From: an uncultured Gemmatimonadales bacterium
Lineage (GTDB): Bacteria > Gemmatimonadota > Gemmatimonadetes > Gemmatimonadales > Gemmatimonadaceae
Direction: 5' to 3'
DNA length: 64,000 nucleotides
Assembly: GCA_963793305.1 (NCBI GenBank)
Contig: CAWBZV010000003.1
Location: 192,001 to 256,000 of the forward strand
The position numbers and the translations under genes were made by a program. The notes under the pieces were generated by a model, which saw only the letters and a program-made list of their open reading frames with translations, was not told the origin of the DNA and searched no databases. This document shows, piece by piece, positions 33,158 to 43,501 of this stretch. Each line of letters starts with the position of its first letter. Within the stretch, counting starts at the first letter, position 1.

Positions 33158-34519
33158 AAAAATATATCGCCTTGAGCCTCGGCCTTCTCGCGATTGCGGC
33201 GTGCAATCCGAACGCGGCCTTGAGGCCGAAAGAGAAAGGCGTCGTGACGACCATCGGCGCCTCCGCGCTGCCGGGTCTCTATATCGGCGCGCTGAACGAC
33301 TTCACCATCGCGTGGTCCGGAGGAGGAGACGGAGGGAACGGCTCACACGAAGGGGGCGTCGGCTTGTCGGCGCTCTTCACCGATGAGCTCACGTCGGAGT
33401 TCCTGGACGAGTTCACCTTCCGTCGAGCCCTCGACACGGGCCAGGCCACGCCTCAGAACACGCAGCTCTTTGGGATCTTCAACGACCTGTCGGCGTCGCG
33501 TCACTCGGCGGAGGTCGCGGCGTCGAGCTTCGCCACCCTCGCGCCGCACGACGTTCGGCCGGGCGGAAATGCTGAGCATCGAGGGATACACCTACATCCT
33601 CTTCGCCGAGATGTGGTGCTCCGGCGTGCCGTTCGGCGAGCTCAATGAGACGACCGGCGCACCGATCTACGGGTTCCCGACGACGACCGGCGGCATGGAT
33701 TCGATCGCGCTCGCGAAGTTCGACACGGCTAGCACCTTGGCCGCGGCGGACACGACCACGGAGATCCTGGGCGCGTACGCCACCAGCACCGCCGAGATCC
33801 TGGCGCTCTCTGAGGTGGGACGCGCTCGCGTGCTGCTCGATATGGGGCAGTTCGCGGCCGCGCAAGCCGCCGCCGACTCGGCCGTGTTGAACTTCCCCAC
33901 GCTCAACTACCAGATGGAGAACTCGCTCAACTCGCCGCGCCAGTACAATGGCGTGTGGCAGTACACCTTTGCCGATGACGCGTGGGGCGTCGTCGATCGG
34001 AAAGGCGGCAATGGGCTCGATTACGAGTCCGCCAACGACCCTCGCGTCCTGTGGGTCGACGGTCACCAGAACGGCTCGCTCGGTGCAACGCCGACTGGGT
34101 TCGATACCATCTACTTCCAGCTCAAGTATCCCACGAAGGAGACCTCCGCCACGTTGGCCAGCGCCACCGAAGCGACGCTCATCAGCGCCGAGGCCGATTT
34201 GCATGCCGGCAACATCGGGTCGTGGGCCAACAAGCTGAATATGCTCCGCGCGAACTCGGGACTGGCGCTGCCGCCACTCACCGCGGACTCAACGTCGCTC
34301 GCGTCGCAAGACATGCGCGTCGAGGTGCACTTCCGCGAGCGCGCGTTCTGGCTCTGGCTGACCGGGACTCGGCTCGGCGACCTACGCCGGATGATACCTG
34401 AGTACGGGCACAACGACTTTCCGGCGAACCCGACACGGGATCTCCGGTTCTCGATACCGGTGCAGGAGACGAACAACCCGCATTTCACGGCGTGTCTGGA
34501 CGTAGGGCACGAGCACTAG
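33154..34519 (+). CDS. SusD/RagB-like lipoprotein, frameshift at ~33555
   Basis: IAAC lipobox; ERAFWLWLTGTRLGDLRR; IPVQETNNP; follows SusC. Confidence 0.85.
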
Positions 34520-34527
34520 CAGTGAGC

Positions 34528-35334
34528 CTACCGCGACCGGCGACCGTGCAACGGGAGCCGGTCGCGGTAGGTGCGCGACAGTTTCAGGCGAGTCCCGTCG
34601 CGCAGGATCACGACGTAGTTGCCAGCGAACCACGGCTGCAACTCTTGGATGCGATCCACGTTGACGATGATCGTCCGATGGATGCGCACGAACACGGCCG
34701 GGTCGAGGGACGCTTCCAAGCCGTGCATCGTCTCGCGAAGCAACGACGCATTCTTCCCAACGTGTAGCCTGACGTAGTTGCCGGCCGCCTCGAACCAGTC
34801 GACCTCGGCCACGCGGACAAAGACAACGCGCCCGTCGCGCCGAACAGTCAGACGGGAGATGTACTTTCCGGGTCGTGGCTCGGTCGCGACGATGGACTGC
34901 TCCGGCGTCATCCCGAACTGATTCTCAACCAGCGCCTTCAGGCGCCGTCCGAGCTCGGCCGAAGAGACCTGGTCGATGTGCGCCCGCGCGCGACGAAACG
35001 CGGTCTGGAAGCGCTCGGTGTCGAACGGCTTGAGGAGATAGTCCGTGGCGTGCACCTCGAATGCCCGCACCGCGTGCGCGTCGTGCGCGGTCACGAAGAT
35101 GACCGGTGGCATAGACTCAGCGCCCACCTCGGCCACGACACCGAAGCCATCGATGTCCGGCAGCTGGACATCGAGGAGCACCAGATCGGGTGTCGCCGTG
35201 CGGATCGCGTCAATCGCGGAGCGTCCAGTCGGACACTCGGCCACGACTTCGACGTCGGGCTCCGCACTCAGTAATCGCATCAATCGCCTGCGGGCGATCG
35301 CCTCGTCATCGACAATTGCTACGCGTATGGTCAT
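34528..35334 (-). CDS. LytTR-family response regulator
   Basis: VDDE, LLDVQLP, DYLLKP, FVRIHRTIIVN, LSRTYR. Confidence 0.95.
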   Translation of the reverse strand: MTIRVAIVDDEAIARRRLMRLLSAEPDVEVVAECPTGRSAIDAIRTATPDLVLLDVQLPDIDGFGVVAEVGAESMPPVIFVTAHDAHAVRAFEVHATDYLLKPFDTERFQTAFRRARAHIDQVSSAELGRRLKALVENQFGMTPEQSIVATEPRPGKYISRLTVRRDGRVVFVRVAEVDWFEAAGNYVRLHVGKNASLLRETMHGLEASLDPAVFVRIHRTIIVNVDRIQELQPWFAGNYVVILRDGTRLKLSRTYRDRLPLHGRRSR

Positions 35335-37556
35335 ATCCCCCCCAGGGGGCTATCGATCACAAACACCACCTCGTGCGCATCCACCACCCGCACCGACACC
35401 CGCTCGGTGGACAGCGCCTGCCGCGCCATCTCCGCCGCGTCATCCATCGGCTGATCTGACCGCACCGCAATGCGCGTCCCACGCGGCACCTGCGTGACGT
35501 CGATCTTGACCGTCGCCGGACCGGCGTCCTCGAGCAGGGCGCGCAGGAGCCGATTGGGGATCCGTCGCTCGCCATAGCGCTGGGCCCCAACTACTTGGAC
35601 GCGGATGCACCCCCTGCCGGTTTCAATCGTGCGTTTGAGATCCACATACGCGGTGAGCAAACTGAGCTCGCGCTCGAGCGGCAACCATGGTTCCGCCGCT
35701 GTATCGAGAGTCAACCGGAGGAGGTCCGCCAAACGCGTCGTCAGTCGCTCGGCCTGGGACGGATCGTCGTCGATGAGCGCCGAGATGATGTCGAGCGACT
35801 CGCAGACAAAGTCGGGGCGCAGGTTGACGCACAGCGACCGCCACCGCGCACGCATAATCGCGCCCTCGAGGCGCAGGCTCTCGAGCTCCCGTTCGCGGCG
35901 CCAGGCGTAGTAATCGCGGCCGTTCGACCAGGCGACGAGCGCGGCATACACGAACAAGTTCCAGATCAGCGACTGCGGTTGCTGGGCGAACCGGAAGTCC
36001 CGCGGCTCGACGTCGAGCGCGATGATCGCGCCGGTCTGAATGGCCGAGAAGACGACGGCGCCAATGACGTGAAAGAGCACGGGCCGCCATCCATCGCCGA
36101 CGCCGACTCGGACCCGCCGGGCGAGCGCGATCACCGCCGGCGTGAGTGAGGCCCATACGAGCACCAGCGCGATGTTGAGCGGGCCGAACTCGAGCATCAT
36201 GGCGACGGGATGCCCGTTCTTCCACGGCAACTCGCCCAAGTACGGTTGCAGGAACCAGAACGTGCCGAAGAGCGCCCAGCCGGCCGCGAGGAACGCCCAC
36301 TCTTTCCCGGTGAGCGGCGGCGAGGGTGAGCGTCGGACGTAGCTCGTCGCGTTCCCGTGGGGAACCGGCATCTCCGCGGTGACATTGTCCGGCGGAAGCG
36401 GCGTATCGACAATGTGGTGGCCGTTGGAATGGCCGTTGCCGTTGCCATTCGCTGATACCGCGGGCACGACGGGGGCGAGTCGATACGGGATGCGGATATC
36501 GACGCACGTACCGCCCCCCGGATTATCCCCGAGCGAAAACCAGTGCTCGGGCCCATAGAGGAAGCGCAACCGCTCCCGCACATTGCGCAACCCGATCCCT
36601 TGGCGTCGCGTGTGCGCGGCGGGCCCTTTGGCCAATCCCACGCCATCATCGCGAACGCGAATGGAAAGCCACGGGCCGTCGACGCGCGCGCTGATGCCAA
36701 CCGTGCCGGGTCCGCCGCGCGGGGTGAGCCCGTGCCGAATCGCGTTCTCGACCAGCGGCTGCAGCACGAACGGCGGCATGAGCGCCCGCCGCGCCTCGGC
36801 GTCGACGTCGGTGTCGACGGTCAGCCACTCGCTAAACCGCGCACGCTGGATCGCGACGTACGGCCCCAGCGTGTCGAGCTCTTCACCGAGCGGCACCTCG
36901 TCACGTCCGGCTTTCGCGACGGCGGAGCGGAGCAGCGACTGCAGGTCGCCGATGATGCGTCGCGCCGCGGCCGGCGCTTCGTACGCCAGCTCCGAAATGA
37001 CGTGCAGGCAGTTGAACAGGAAATGCGGCTGGAGTTGGCGCTCGAGATATCGGAGCTGCGCGCCCGAGAGCTCCGCCTCGAGCGCCGCTGCGCGGAGGGT
37101 GCGGTCCTGATACTCGCGCAGCTGATCCGCGGCTCTCGTGATGCCGATGATCACGAAGTAGAGGACGGTATCGAGATCGGCGCTCATCACGATGGTCGAG
37201 AACACGCTCGTCGCGGCGGCCGCCCCGTACATGTGGAGGATCAGGCTCTCCAGCACCGTGCGCAGCGCCGCGAACACCATCATGATCGAGCAGGCGGCAA
37301 GGAGATGGAGCGCCACGGTCCGCACCGTCGCAAACCGGCCCGTGAGCCGGCGGCGGGCGAGCCACACGACGACCGGGGTCAACGCGGCCCACGACCATGC
37401 GATGACGAGGTCGAGCAGCAGCTGCCGCTCCCAGCTCGGTTTCCGGGGCCGGGCTGAGATCAGCTGAGCGACGAACTCGAGCAGCGCGATGATCGTCCAC
37501 GCGGCGATGAGCCAGGCGGCACGCCGTGAGACGGCGGCCCGGCGCTCCGATTCCAT
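35331..37556 (-). CDS. LytS-type histidine kinase with a second, degenerate TM+His_kinase module
   Basis: QLQPHFLFNCL, LQPLVENAIRHG, DDGVG, GIGLRNVRERL; second copy NLRPDFVCESL. Confidence 0.88.
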   Translation of the reverse strand: MESERRAAVSRRAAWLIAAWTIIALLEFVAQLISARPRKPSWERQLLLDLVIAWSWAALTPVVVWLARRRLTGRFATVRTVALHLLAACSIMMVFAALRTVLESLILHMYGAAAATSVFSTIVMSADLDTVLYFVIIGITRAADQLREYQDRTLRAAALEAELSGAQLRYLERQLQPHFLFNCLHVISELAYEAPAAARRIIGDLQSLLRSAVAKAGRDEVPLGEELDTLGPYVAIQRARFSEWLTVDTDVDAEARRALMPPFVLQPLVENAIRHGLTPRGGPGTVGISARVDGPWLSIRVRDDGVGLAKGPAAHTRRQGIGLRNVRERLRFLYGPEHWFSLGDNPGGGTCVDIRIPYRLAPVVPAVSANGNGNGHSNGHHIVDTPLPPDNVTAEMPVPHGNATSYVRRSPSPPLTGKEWAFLAAGWALFGTFWFLQPYLGELPWKNGHPVAMMLEFGPLNIALVLVWASLTPAVIALARRVRVGVGDGWRPVLFHVIGAVVFSAIQTGAIIALDVEPRDFRFAQQPQSLIWNLFVYAALVAWSNGRDYYAWRRERELESLRLEGAIMRARWRSLCVNLRPDFVCESLDIISALIDDDPSQAERLTTRLADLLRLTLDTAAEPWLPLERELSLLTAYVDLKRTIETGRGCIRVQVVGAQRYGERRIPNRLLRALLEDAGPATVKIDVTQVPRGTRIAVRSDQPMDDAAEMARQALSTERVSVRVVDAHEVVFVIDSPLGGI

Positions 37557-37662
37557 CCCGCCACGATACTGTACTGTGTGACCATTCGCCACGCGGGCGC
37601 GGTGACGAATTATTGATCACCGCGCAGGCGCTTTTCGGCCCTGCTACGCCGCTAGTTCGTCC

Positions 37663-38481
37663 CTACTTGGGCCCAGGAGTTCCGACGATCACAATGCGGC
37701 CGGTTGGCTGCGGTGCGCCGCCGGTTGGCTCCTCGCTTACCGCCACGCCTTTGAGTGCGTTGGGCGGGAGCGCGTATGTCGCGTGGACTTCGACGCTCGA
37801 ATCGGACGCTGGGGTGAATGTGCCGGCGCTGATCTTCTGCGTTGGGGTGATCAGCCAGATCTGATACGCCTTGCCCGCCGGCAGCGGGGCCACGTGATGG
37901 GCGTAGAACGCCCAGTTGTTGTTCGTCTTGTCCCAGAACATGAGCGCCGTGGCTTCGGCCGCGCCCGTCGTATTCAGCCCGACCACTTCCGTCGAGGGAC
38001 CCGTGAGGTCCTTAATCTCGCGCTGATCCTGCGCGATCTTGGCTTGGGCGGTGTCGAGTGCGGCCGTCGCGGCAGCCGCTTTCTGATTGGCCTGGGCCAA
38101 AGCCGCCGTCGTCGATCGCCCTTGGTTCAGCAGCAGGACGACAATCACGATCGCCGCCGCGAGCGCCAGCCACGTCCCCATGCTTGAACGCCGAGGGCTC
38201 TTCGGTGCTACGCTGATGTCGATTGGCGCGCGATCAGCCTGAGCCCGTGCCAGTAGCCGCATCCGAATGCGCTTGAGCCGTTGCTCGACGTCGGGCGACG
38301 CCGGAGCGCGAACCGGAGGCGTCGAGTTGCCGAGCTCCGCCATCGCCTGGCGCAAGCCCTCGAGCTCGGGCCCACACTGCGGGCACGTCGCCGCATGGGC
38401 AAGCACCGCCGCTTGCTCGTCCGCGGACAGCGCGTCGAGCGCGGCGGCGGCGAGCGATTCGCTCGCTTCGTCGTGGCTCAT
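37663..38481 (-). CDS. Anti-sigma factor (zinc finger + RskA-like)
   Basis: HAATCPQC, TM helix, YQIWLI, AVSEEPTGGAPQPTG. Confidence 0.9.
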   Translation of the reverse strand: MSHDEASESLAAAALDALSADEQAAVLAHAATCPQCGPELEGLRQAMAELGNSTPPVRAPASPDVEQRLKRIRMRLLARAQADRAPIDISVAPKSPRRSSMGTWLALAAAIVIVVLLLNQGRSTTAALAQANQKAAAATAALDTAQAKIAQDQREIKDLTGPSTEVVGLNTTGAAEATALMFWDKTNNNWAFYAHHVAPLPAGKAYQIWLITPTQKISAGTFTPASDSSVEVHATYALPPNALKGVAVSEEPTGGAPQPTGRIVIVGTPGPK

Positions 38482-39170
38482 CTCGCGCCGCCGCTCCGCG
38501 GCTCGTCGATGCGGCGCTTCGCACCGCTCGACTGGTCGGTTGACCTGCGCTCGGCTTCGCCGATCGCTGCCTCATCGTGCAACATAGACAGTCGTTCCCG
38601 TAGTTTCTGCCCGGCGAGACGCGTACGCGTCTTCACCGTGCCAAGCGGCTGACCGGTCCGCTCGGCGATCTCGGTCTGACTGAGCCCTCCGAAGTACGCC
38701 AACTCCAGCACTTCTCTCTGCTCAGGCGGCAACTCCTTGAGCGCCGCCGCCACGCGCTCGCGACGTTCCGCCTCCTCGGCGCCAGTCGCGGGATTCGGAG
38801 CCGCGCCATCCGACAGGTCGTCGACCACCGAAATCGGCGTCAGCGGCTCCTCCCGAAGCCGCCGCCGCGAGCGCAGCCGGTCGAGGGCGCGGCTCCGCGC
38901 GATCGTGACGATCCACGTCGAGACCGCGCCGCGCGAAGACTGATACCGCGAGGCCTGCCGCCACGCTTGATAGAACGTGTCCTCCACGACATCGTCGGCA
39001 TCGTCTGGGTCGCGCACCAGTCGCACCACCAGTGCATGGATTGGGCGAGACCACCGCTCGTAGAACTGCGACAGCGCTTGGGTCTCGCCCGCGCTCATAC
39101 GCCGAACGAGCTCGCGATCTTCGTCCACGTTGTCCGAAGGATACGCGGACGCGGGCGACAGCGGATTCAT
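38478..39170 (-). CDS. ECF sigma-70 factor (SigK-like)
   Basis: DVVEDTFYQAW, IARSRALDRLR, LAYFGGLSQTEIA..GTVKTR. Confidence 0.93.
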   Translation of the reverse strand: MNPLSPASAYPSDNVDEDRELVRRMSAGETQALSQFYERWSRPIHALVVRLVRDPDDADDVVEDTFYQAWRQASRYQSSRGAVSTWIVTIARSRALDRLRSRRRLREEPLTPISVVDDLSDGAAPNPATGAEEAERRERVAAALKELPPEQREVLELAYFGGLSQTEIAERTGQPLGTVKTRTRLAGQKLRERLSMLHDEAAIGEAERRSTDQSSGAKRRIDEPRSGGAR

Positions 39171-39199
39171 CTGCTCGTAAGTATAGTACTTTTCCCCCC

Positions 39200-39985
39200 A
39201 TGACGACCCCCGCGAGCTGCCCTTCGTGCAGTGCCCCGTCGACCGGCGGCCGCTTCTGTTCTTCATGCGGCGCGCCATTCGAGGGCGCGTTGTGCGGCGC
39301 CTGTCGCTCCTCACTCTCGGCCGGCGCAAAGTTCTGTCATCGCTGCGGCGCCGCCGTCGGCTCCCGCCCTACCTCGGACCCGCGCATCTCTGCCACTCTG
39401 CCATGGGCGATCGCGTGTATTGCCGTTGTTGCATTAGTGGCACTCGTCGCCGGTCGAGGCATTGGCGCGCGCCGCTTCGCGACCGCGCAAGCAGCACCCG
39501 TTGCGGCACCGACCGACGACTCGACGCAAGAAGCACCCGTGAGAGCGCCGGATATCTCGACCATGTCTCCGGCGGAGCGAGCCGACCGGCTGTACGATCG
39601 CGTGATGCGGTTGCATAGTGAGGGGAAGGACGACAGCGTGAAGTTCTTCTCCCCGATGGTGCTGCAGGCCTATCAGATGCTCGGCCCACTCGACGCCGAT
39701 CAGCACTATGACCTGGGCCGTATCGGCGAAGTGCTCGGCATGGCGGATCTCGCCCGCGCCGAGGCCGATACGATTCTTAAAGTCCAGCCAACGCACTTAC
39801 TCGGCTTGACCTTGGCGGCGCGAGCCGCGATGCTCGACAAGCAACCGGCGAAGGCACACGATTTCTACAAGCGGCTCCTCGCCGCCGAACCCGCGGAGCG
39901 CCGCAAGGCGCTACCTGAATACGACCGTCACCGAGATGACATTGATGCCGCGGTCGCCACTGCACGCGGCGAGCTCAAAGCATGA
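39200..39985 (+). CDS. Double zinc-ribbon, TM, TPR-like protein
   Basis: Four CxxC pairs (CPSC, CSSC, CGAC, CHRC), TM helix, helical C-terminus. Confidence 0.75.
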   Translation: MTTPASCPSCSAPSTGGRFCSSCGAPFEGALCGACRSSLSAGAKFCHRCGAAVGSRPTSDPRISATLPWAIACIAVVALVALVAGRGIGARRFATAQAAPVAAPTDDSTQEAPVRAPDISTMSPAERADRLYDRVMRLHSEGKDDSVKFFSPMVLQAYQMLGPLDADQHYDLGRIGEVLGMADLARAEADTILKVQPTHLLGLTLAARAAMLDKQPAKAHDFYKRLLAAEPAERRKALPEYDRHRDDIDAAVATARGELKA

Positions 39986-40843
39986 CCACTATTCGCATCG
40001 CCCACAGCCCCGACTCCGACGACGCGTTCATGTTCTACGCGCTGGCCGAGGGGAAAATCGACACCGATGGGATCGTCTACATCCACGAGCTCGCGGACAT
40101 CGAGACGCTGAACCAGCGCGCGCTGCGCGGCGAGCTCGAAGTGACCGCGGCTTCGATCCACGCGTACGCGTACCTCGCCGATCGCTACGTCCTACTGCCG
40201 CACGGCGCATCGATGGGCGATCGATACGGGCCCCGGTTGGTCGCCACGAGTCAGATGTCCCGCGCCAATGTCCGCGGCAAACGCATCGCCGTCCCTGGGC
40301 CGCTGACCACGGCGTACCTGACACTCAAACTCTACGAACCGGATTTCGTCGCGCTGCAGACCCCGTTCGACAAGATCGAAGAGGCGGTGCTCAACGGGGA
40401 CGCAGACATGGGACTCCTGATCCACGAAGGCCAGCTGACGTACGCCGAGGCCGGCTTGTCGCTGGTCGAAGACATGGGCGAATGGTGGTACCAGGAGACC
40501 GGCCTGCCGCTCCCATTGGGCGGAAATGTTGTAAGAAAGGACCTAGGAGCCGACTTAATAGCGACAATATCGCGCCACTTATACGCGAGTATCTCGTATG
40601 GATTGAGCCATCAGACACAAAGCGCTCGATCATGCGATGCGATACGCGCGGGGACTCGAGAGGGAGCAGGCCGACACGTTCGTCGGCATGTACGTGAACG
40701 ACCTCACGCTCGACTACGGAGAAAAGGGACGTGAAGCCGTACGTCGGCTTCTGACGAGAGGGGTGGAGGCCGGCATCATCCCGCATCCAGTCACAGTCGA
40801 GTTCGTCGCCGATGCTGTCGATAATAGGGGTCGTGGCCAGTAA
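39982..40843 (+). CDS. mqnD: 1,4-dihydroxy-6-naphthoate synthase (futalosine menaquinone pathway), frameshift at ~40620
   Basis: AHSPDSDDAFMFYAL, DIETLNQRA, GLLIHEGQLTY, LPLPLGG, FVGMYVN. Confidence 0.88.
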
Positions 40844-40894
40844 ACAGTTCGTTGGCTAGCGTTACACAATGTCCCTCTCGCGGTCTAGAGCGTA

Positions 40895-43501
40895 GTGACG
40901 TCCTCGGCGCCTCATCCGTACTTCGCTACGCGATCCACGCCACCCGACGGAGACGCTCATCCGTCCGGTCGTTTTGCCGCGCTCGCTGATCAGGTCGCGG
41001 AAAGCGAGACCCTGACACAGATCGCCCGCCAGATCGCGGGCGCGGGCAGTGACCGTGGCGCCACGTTCGATCTGTTGGCCGCCGGCGCGGTCTCGCTCGT
41101 TGGCAGCGATGGAGCCATCGTCGCGCTCTTATCACATGACGGACATATTCGCGTCGAAGCCGCGGCCGGCACGCTGACGCCGATGCTCGGCTTCACGGCG
41201 CCGCTCGCTGGCTCACTCGCGGCCGAGTCGCTCGCCTGTTTCCACCCGCTGGTTCTGAACGACGCCGCTGGGGATTCGCGCGTCGAAGCGCACTTTCTGT
41301 CGCCCTTCAGCCCGCGCCAGGTCGTCGTCGCACCAATGCTCGTGGCGGAAGAGCCCCGCGGGTTCTTGCTCGCGCTCAACTGCGGCAAGGGGTACTTCTC
41401 GCCGGCCGACGGCGCGCTGTTGCAACGGCTGGCCGATCACGGGGCGATCGCGGTGAGGCACGCCGAGCTTCTGTCCCAGACTGAAGCAATAGCGAAAGAA
41501 GCACGAACGCTCGCCGACATCGTCCAGCAGATCAATCAGTCGCTCGAGCTCGAGCGCGTGGTGTCGCTGCTCGCCCGCCATGCCGCCGGTCTCCTCGGCG
41601 CGCGCGGCGCGCGGGTCGGCGTCCTGGACGGCGACGGCACGCGCCTCATCACGTCGGCGACATTCGGGGACGCGATCGATCGCATCGGCTCGGTCGTCGA
41701 TACCTCGACCGTGTTCGCCGGCGAGGCGGTGCGGCTGCGCCGGGCCGTGCTGACGACCGATCTCCGCCCATACGCGGACATGTGGGTGCGCACGAAGCGG
41801 GGCGTCTCGCTCGGCGAGGGTCGACCGAATGGCGCCGCGGCGCCACTCCTCGTCGGCGGTCGCATTATCGGAACGGTGACCGTGTTCGGTCGCGAGAACG
41901 GCGAGTTCTCCGATAAGGATGGCGCGGTCCTCCACGCCCTCGCGAATCACGCGGCGATTGCGATCGAGAACGCCCGACTGTATCGGGCGGCGGCGTACAC
42001 CGCGCGCCATGCGAGCATTCTCGCGGCGGCGGGACGGGCGCTCGCCAATAGCGCGACCGCGGACGACGTGTACCGGGGCATTGGCGAGATCGCCTTCGAG
42101 TCACTTGGCGCGAACGGCTTCACGGTCACGCTCGCCGATGTGGGGACGCGGCACGTCGAGCGCGCGCACGCCGAAGGACCCGGGTCCGGCGGCATGGCCC
42201 TGCCGCCCGACGTGTACTGGCTCACGCCGAACGGGCGCGCCGTCGAGTCGGGCAGGCCGTACTACGCCTCCGATATCGACGAGATTCCGCTCGACTGGGC
42301 GCCGCCAGGTTACGACCTCTCGAAGTACGAGATGCGCTCGGTGGCTATCCTGCCGCTCGTGGCCGAGGGCAGGCCACGGGGGATACTCTCGGTCCGGTTT
42401 CCAACGCTGCACAAGTTCGAGGATCACGAGCGGCGCCTCCTCGAGGATTTCGCGACCCAGGTCGCCGTAGCCGTCCGGAATGCGGAGCTGGCGGCGGCGA
42501 GCGAGAGCGCGCGGGAGCGCGAGCGGATGCTGGCGACCGCGCTCGCCACGATGGAAAACCCCGTGTTCGTTCTGGCCGCGGACGAGCACATCCGCTACGC
42601 GAACGTTGCTGCCTCGCGCGAGTACGGCTACCCGGTCGACGCGTTCATCGGCATGCCGTTCAGCCGCCTGCAAGCCGACGGCGAGTTACATCGCCGGGCC
42701 GATGACTCGGAATTTCCCGCGACCGTGGTGTCGAGTCCGTTCCGCGATGGGCAAGTGGTGAGCGTACGAAACACGACCGAGGAACGGCGGATCGCCGAGA
42801 CGCTGCTCCAGACCGAGAAGCTCGCGGCGATTGGCGAGCTCGTGGCGGGCGTCGCGCACGAGCTCAACAACCCCCTCACGGGCATCTCGACATTCGCCCA
42901 GTTGCTGCTCGAGGAGCGACTTGGCGAGGAACAGCTCGACGCCGTGCGCAACATCAAGCGCGAATCGGATCGGGCGGTATCGGTGATTCGGGATCTGCTC
43001 GTGTTTTCGCGCAAGAGCGACCCCCGTTACGGACAGGTCGATCTGCGGTCGCTGATCGAGCAGACGCTCCGGTTGCGGAGCTACACCCTCCAGTCGGCTG
43101 GGATCACGGTCGAGCGCGATGTCGATCCCAACCTGCCCACCGTGATGGGCGACGACCGGAAACTGCAGCAAGTGATCATGAACGTCATGGTGAATGCCGA
43201 GTACGCCATGCACCGCACGGACATTCGGCGTCTGGTGGTGCGAGCGAGAGGCGACGCCACGCACGTGGTGGTCGAGATCGCCGACACCGGCATCGGGATG
43301 ACCCCTGACATCGTCAAGCACGTCTTCGAGCCCTTCTACACGACGAAGCCGGTTGGCGTCGGGACCGGGCTCGGTCTGTCCGTCAGTTACGGTATTGTGA
43401 AAGCACACGGTGGCTCGATCGAGGTCAGCTCGACCGCGGGACTCGGTACCACGTTCCGGATCGCCCTGCCGCTCACCCCCGCCTCCCCGCCCCCAGAATG
43501 A
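40895..43501 (+). CDS. Multi-GAF/PAS sensor histidine kinase
   Basis: Three GAF-like repeats, GVAHELNNPL, FEPFYTTKPVGVGTGLGL. Confidence 0.92.
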   Translation: MTSSAPHPYFATRSTPPDGDAHPSGRFAALADQVAESETLTQIARQIAGAGSDRGATFDLLAAGAVSLVGSDGAIVALLSHDGHIRVEAAAGTLTPMLGFTAPLAGSLAAESLACFHPLVLNDAAGDSRVEAHFLSPFSPRQVVVAPMLVAEEPRGFLLALNCGKGYFSPADGALLQRLADHGAIAVRHAELLSQTEAIAKEARTLADIVQQINQSLELERVVSLLARHAAGLLGARGARVGVLDGDGTRLITSATFGDAIDRIGSVVDTSTVFAGEAVRLRRAVLTTDLRPYADMWVRTKRGVSLGEGRPNGAAAPLLVGGRIIGTVTVFGRENGEFSDKDGAVLHALANHAAIAIENARLYRAAAYTARHASILAAAGRALANSATADDVYRGIGEIAFESLGANGFTVTLADVGTRHVERAHAEGPGSGGMALPPDVYWLTPNGRAVESGRPYYASDIDEIPLDWAPPGYDLSKYEMRSVAILPLVAEGRPRGILSVRFPTLHKFEDHERRLLEDFATQVAVAVRNAELAAASESARERERMLATALATMENPVFVLAADEHIRYANVAASREYGYPVDAFIGMPFSRLQADGELHRRADDSEFPATVVSSPFRDGQVVSVRNTTEERRIAETLLQTEKLAAIGELVAGVAHELNNPLTGISTFAQLLLEERLGEEQLDAVRNIKRESDRAVSVIRDLLVFSRKSDPRYGQVDLRSLIEQTLRLRSYTLQSAGITVERDVDPNLPTVMGDDRKLQQVIMNVMVNAEYAMHRTDIRRLVVRARGDATHVVVEIADTGIGMTPDIVKHVFEPFYTTKPVGVGTGLGLSVSYGIVKAHGGSIEVSSTAGLGTTFRIALPLTPASPPPE

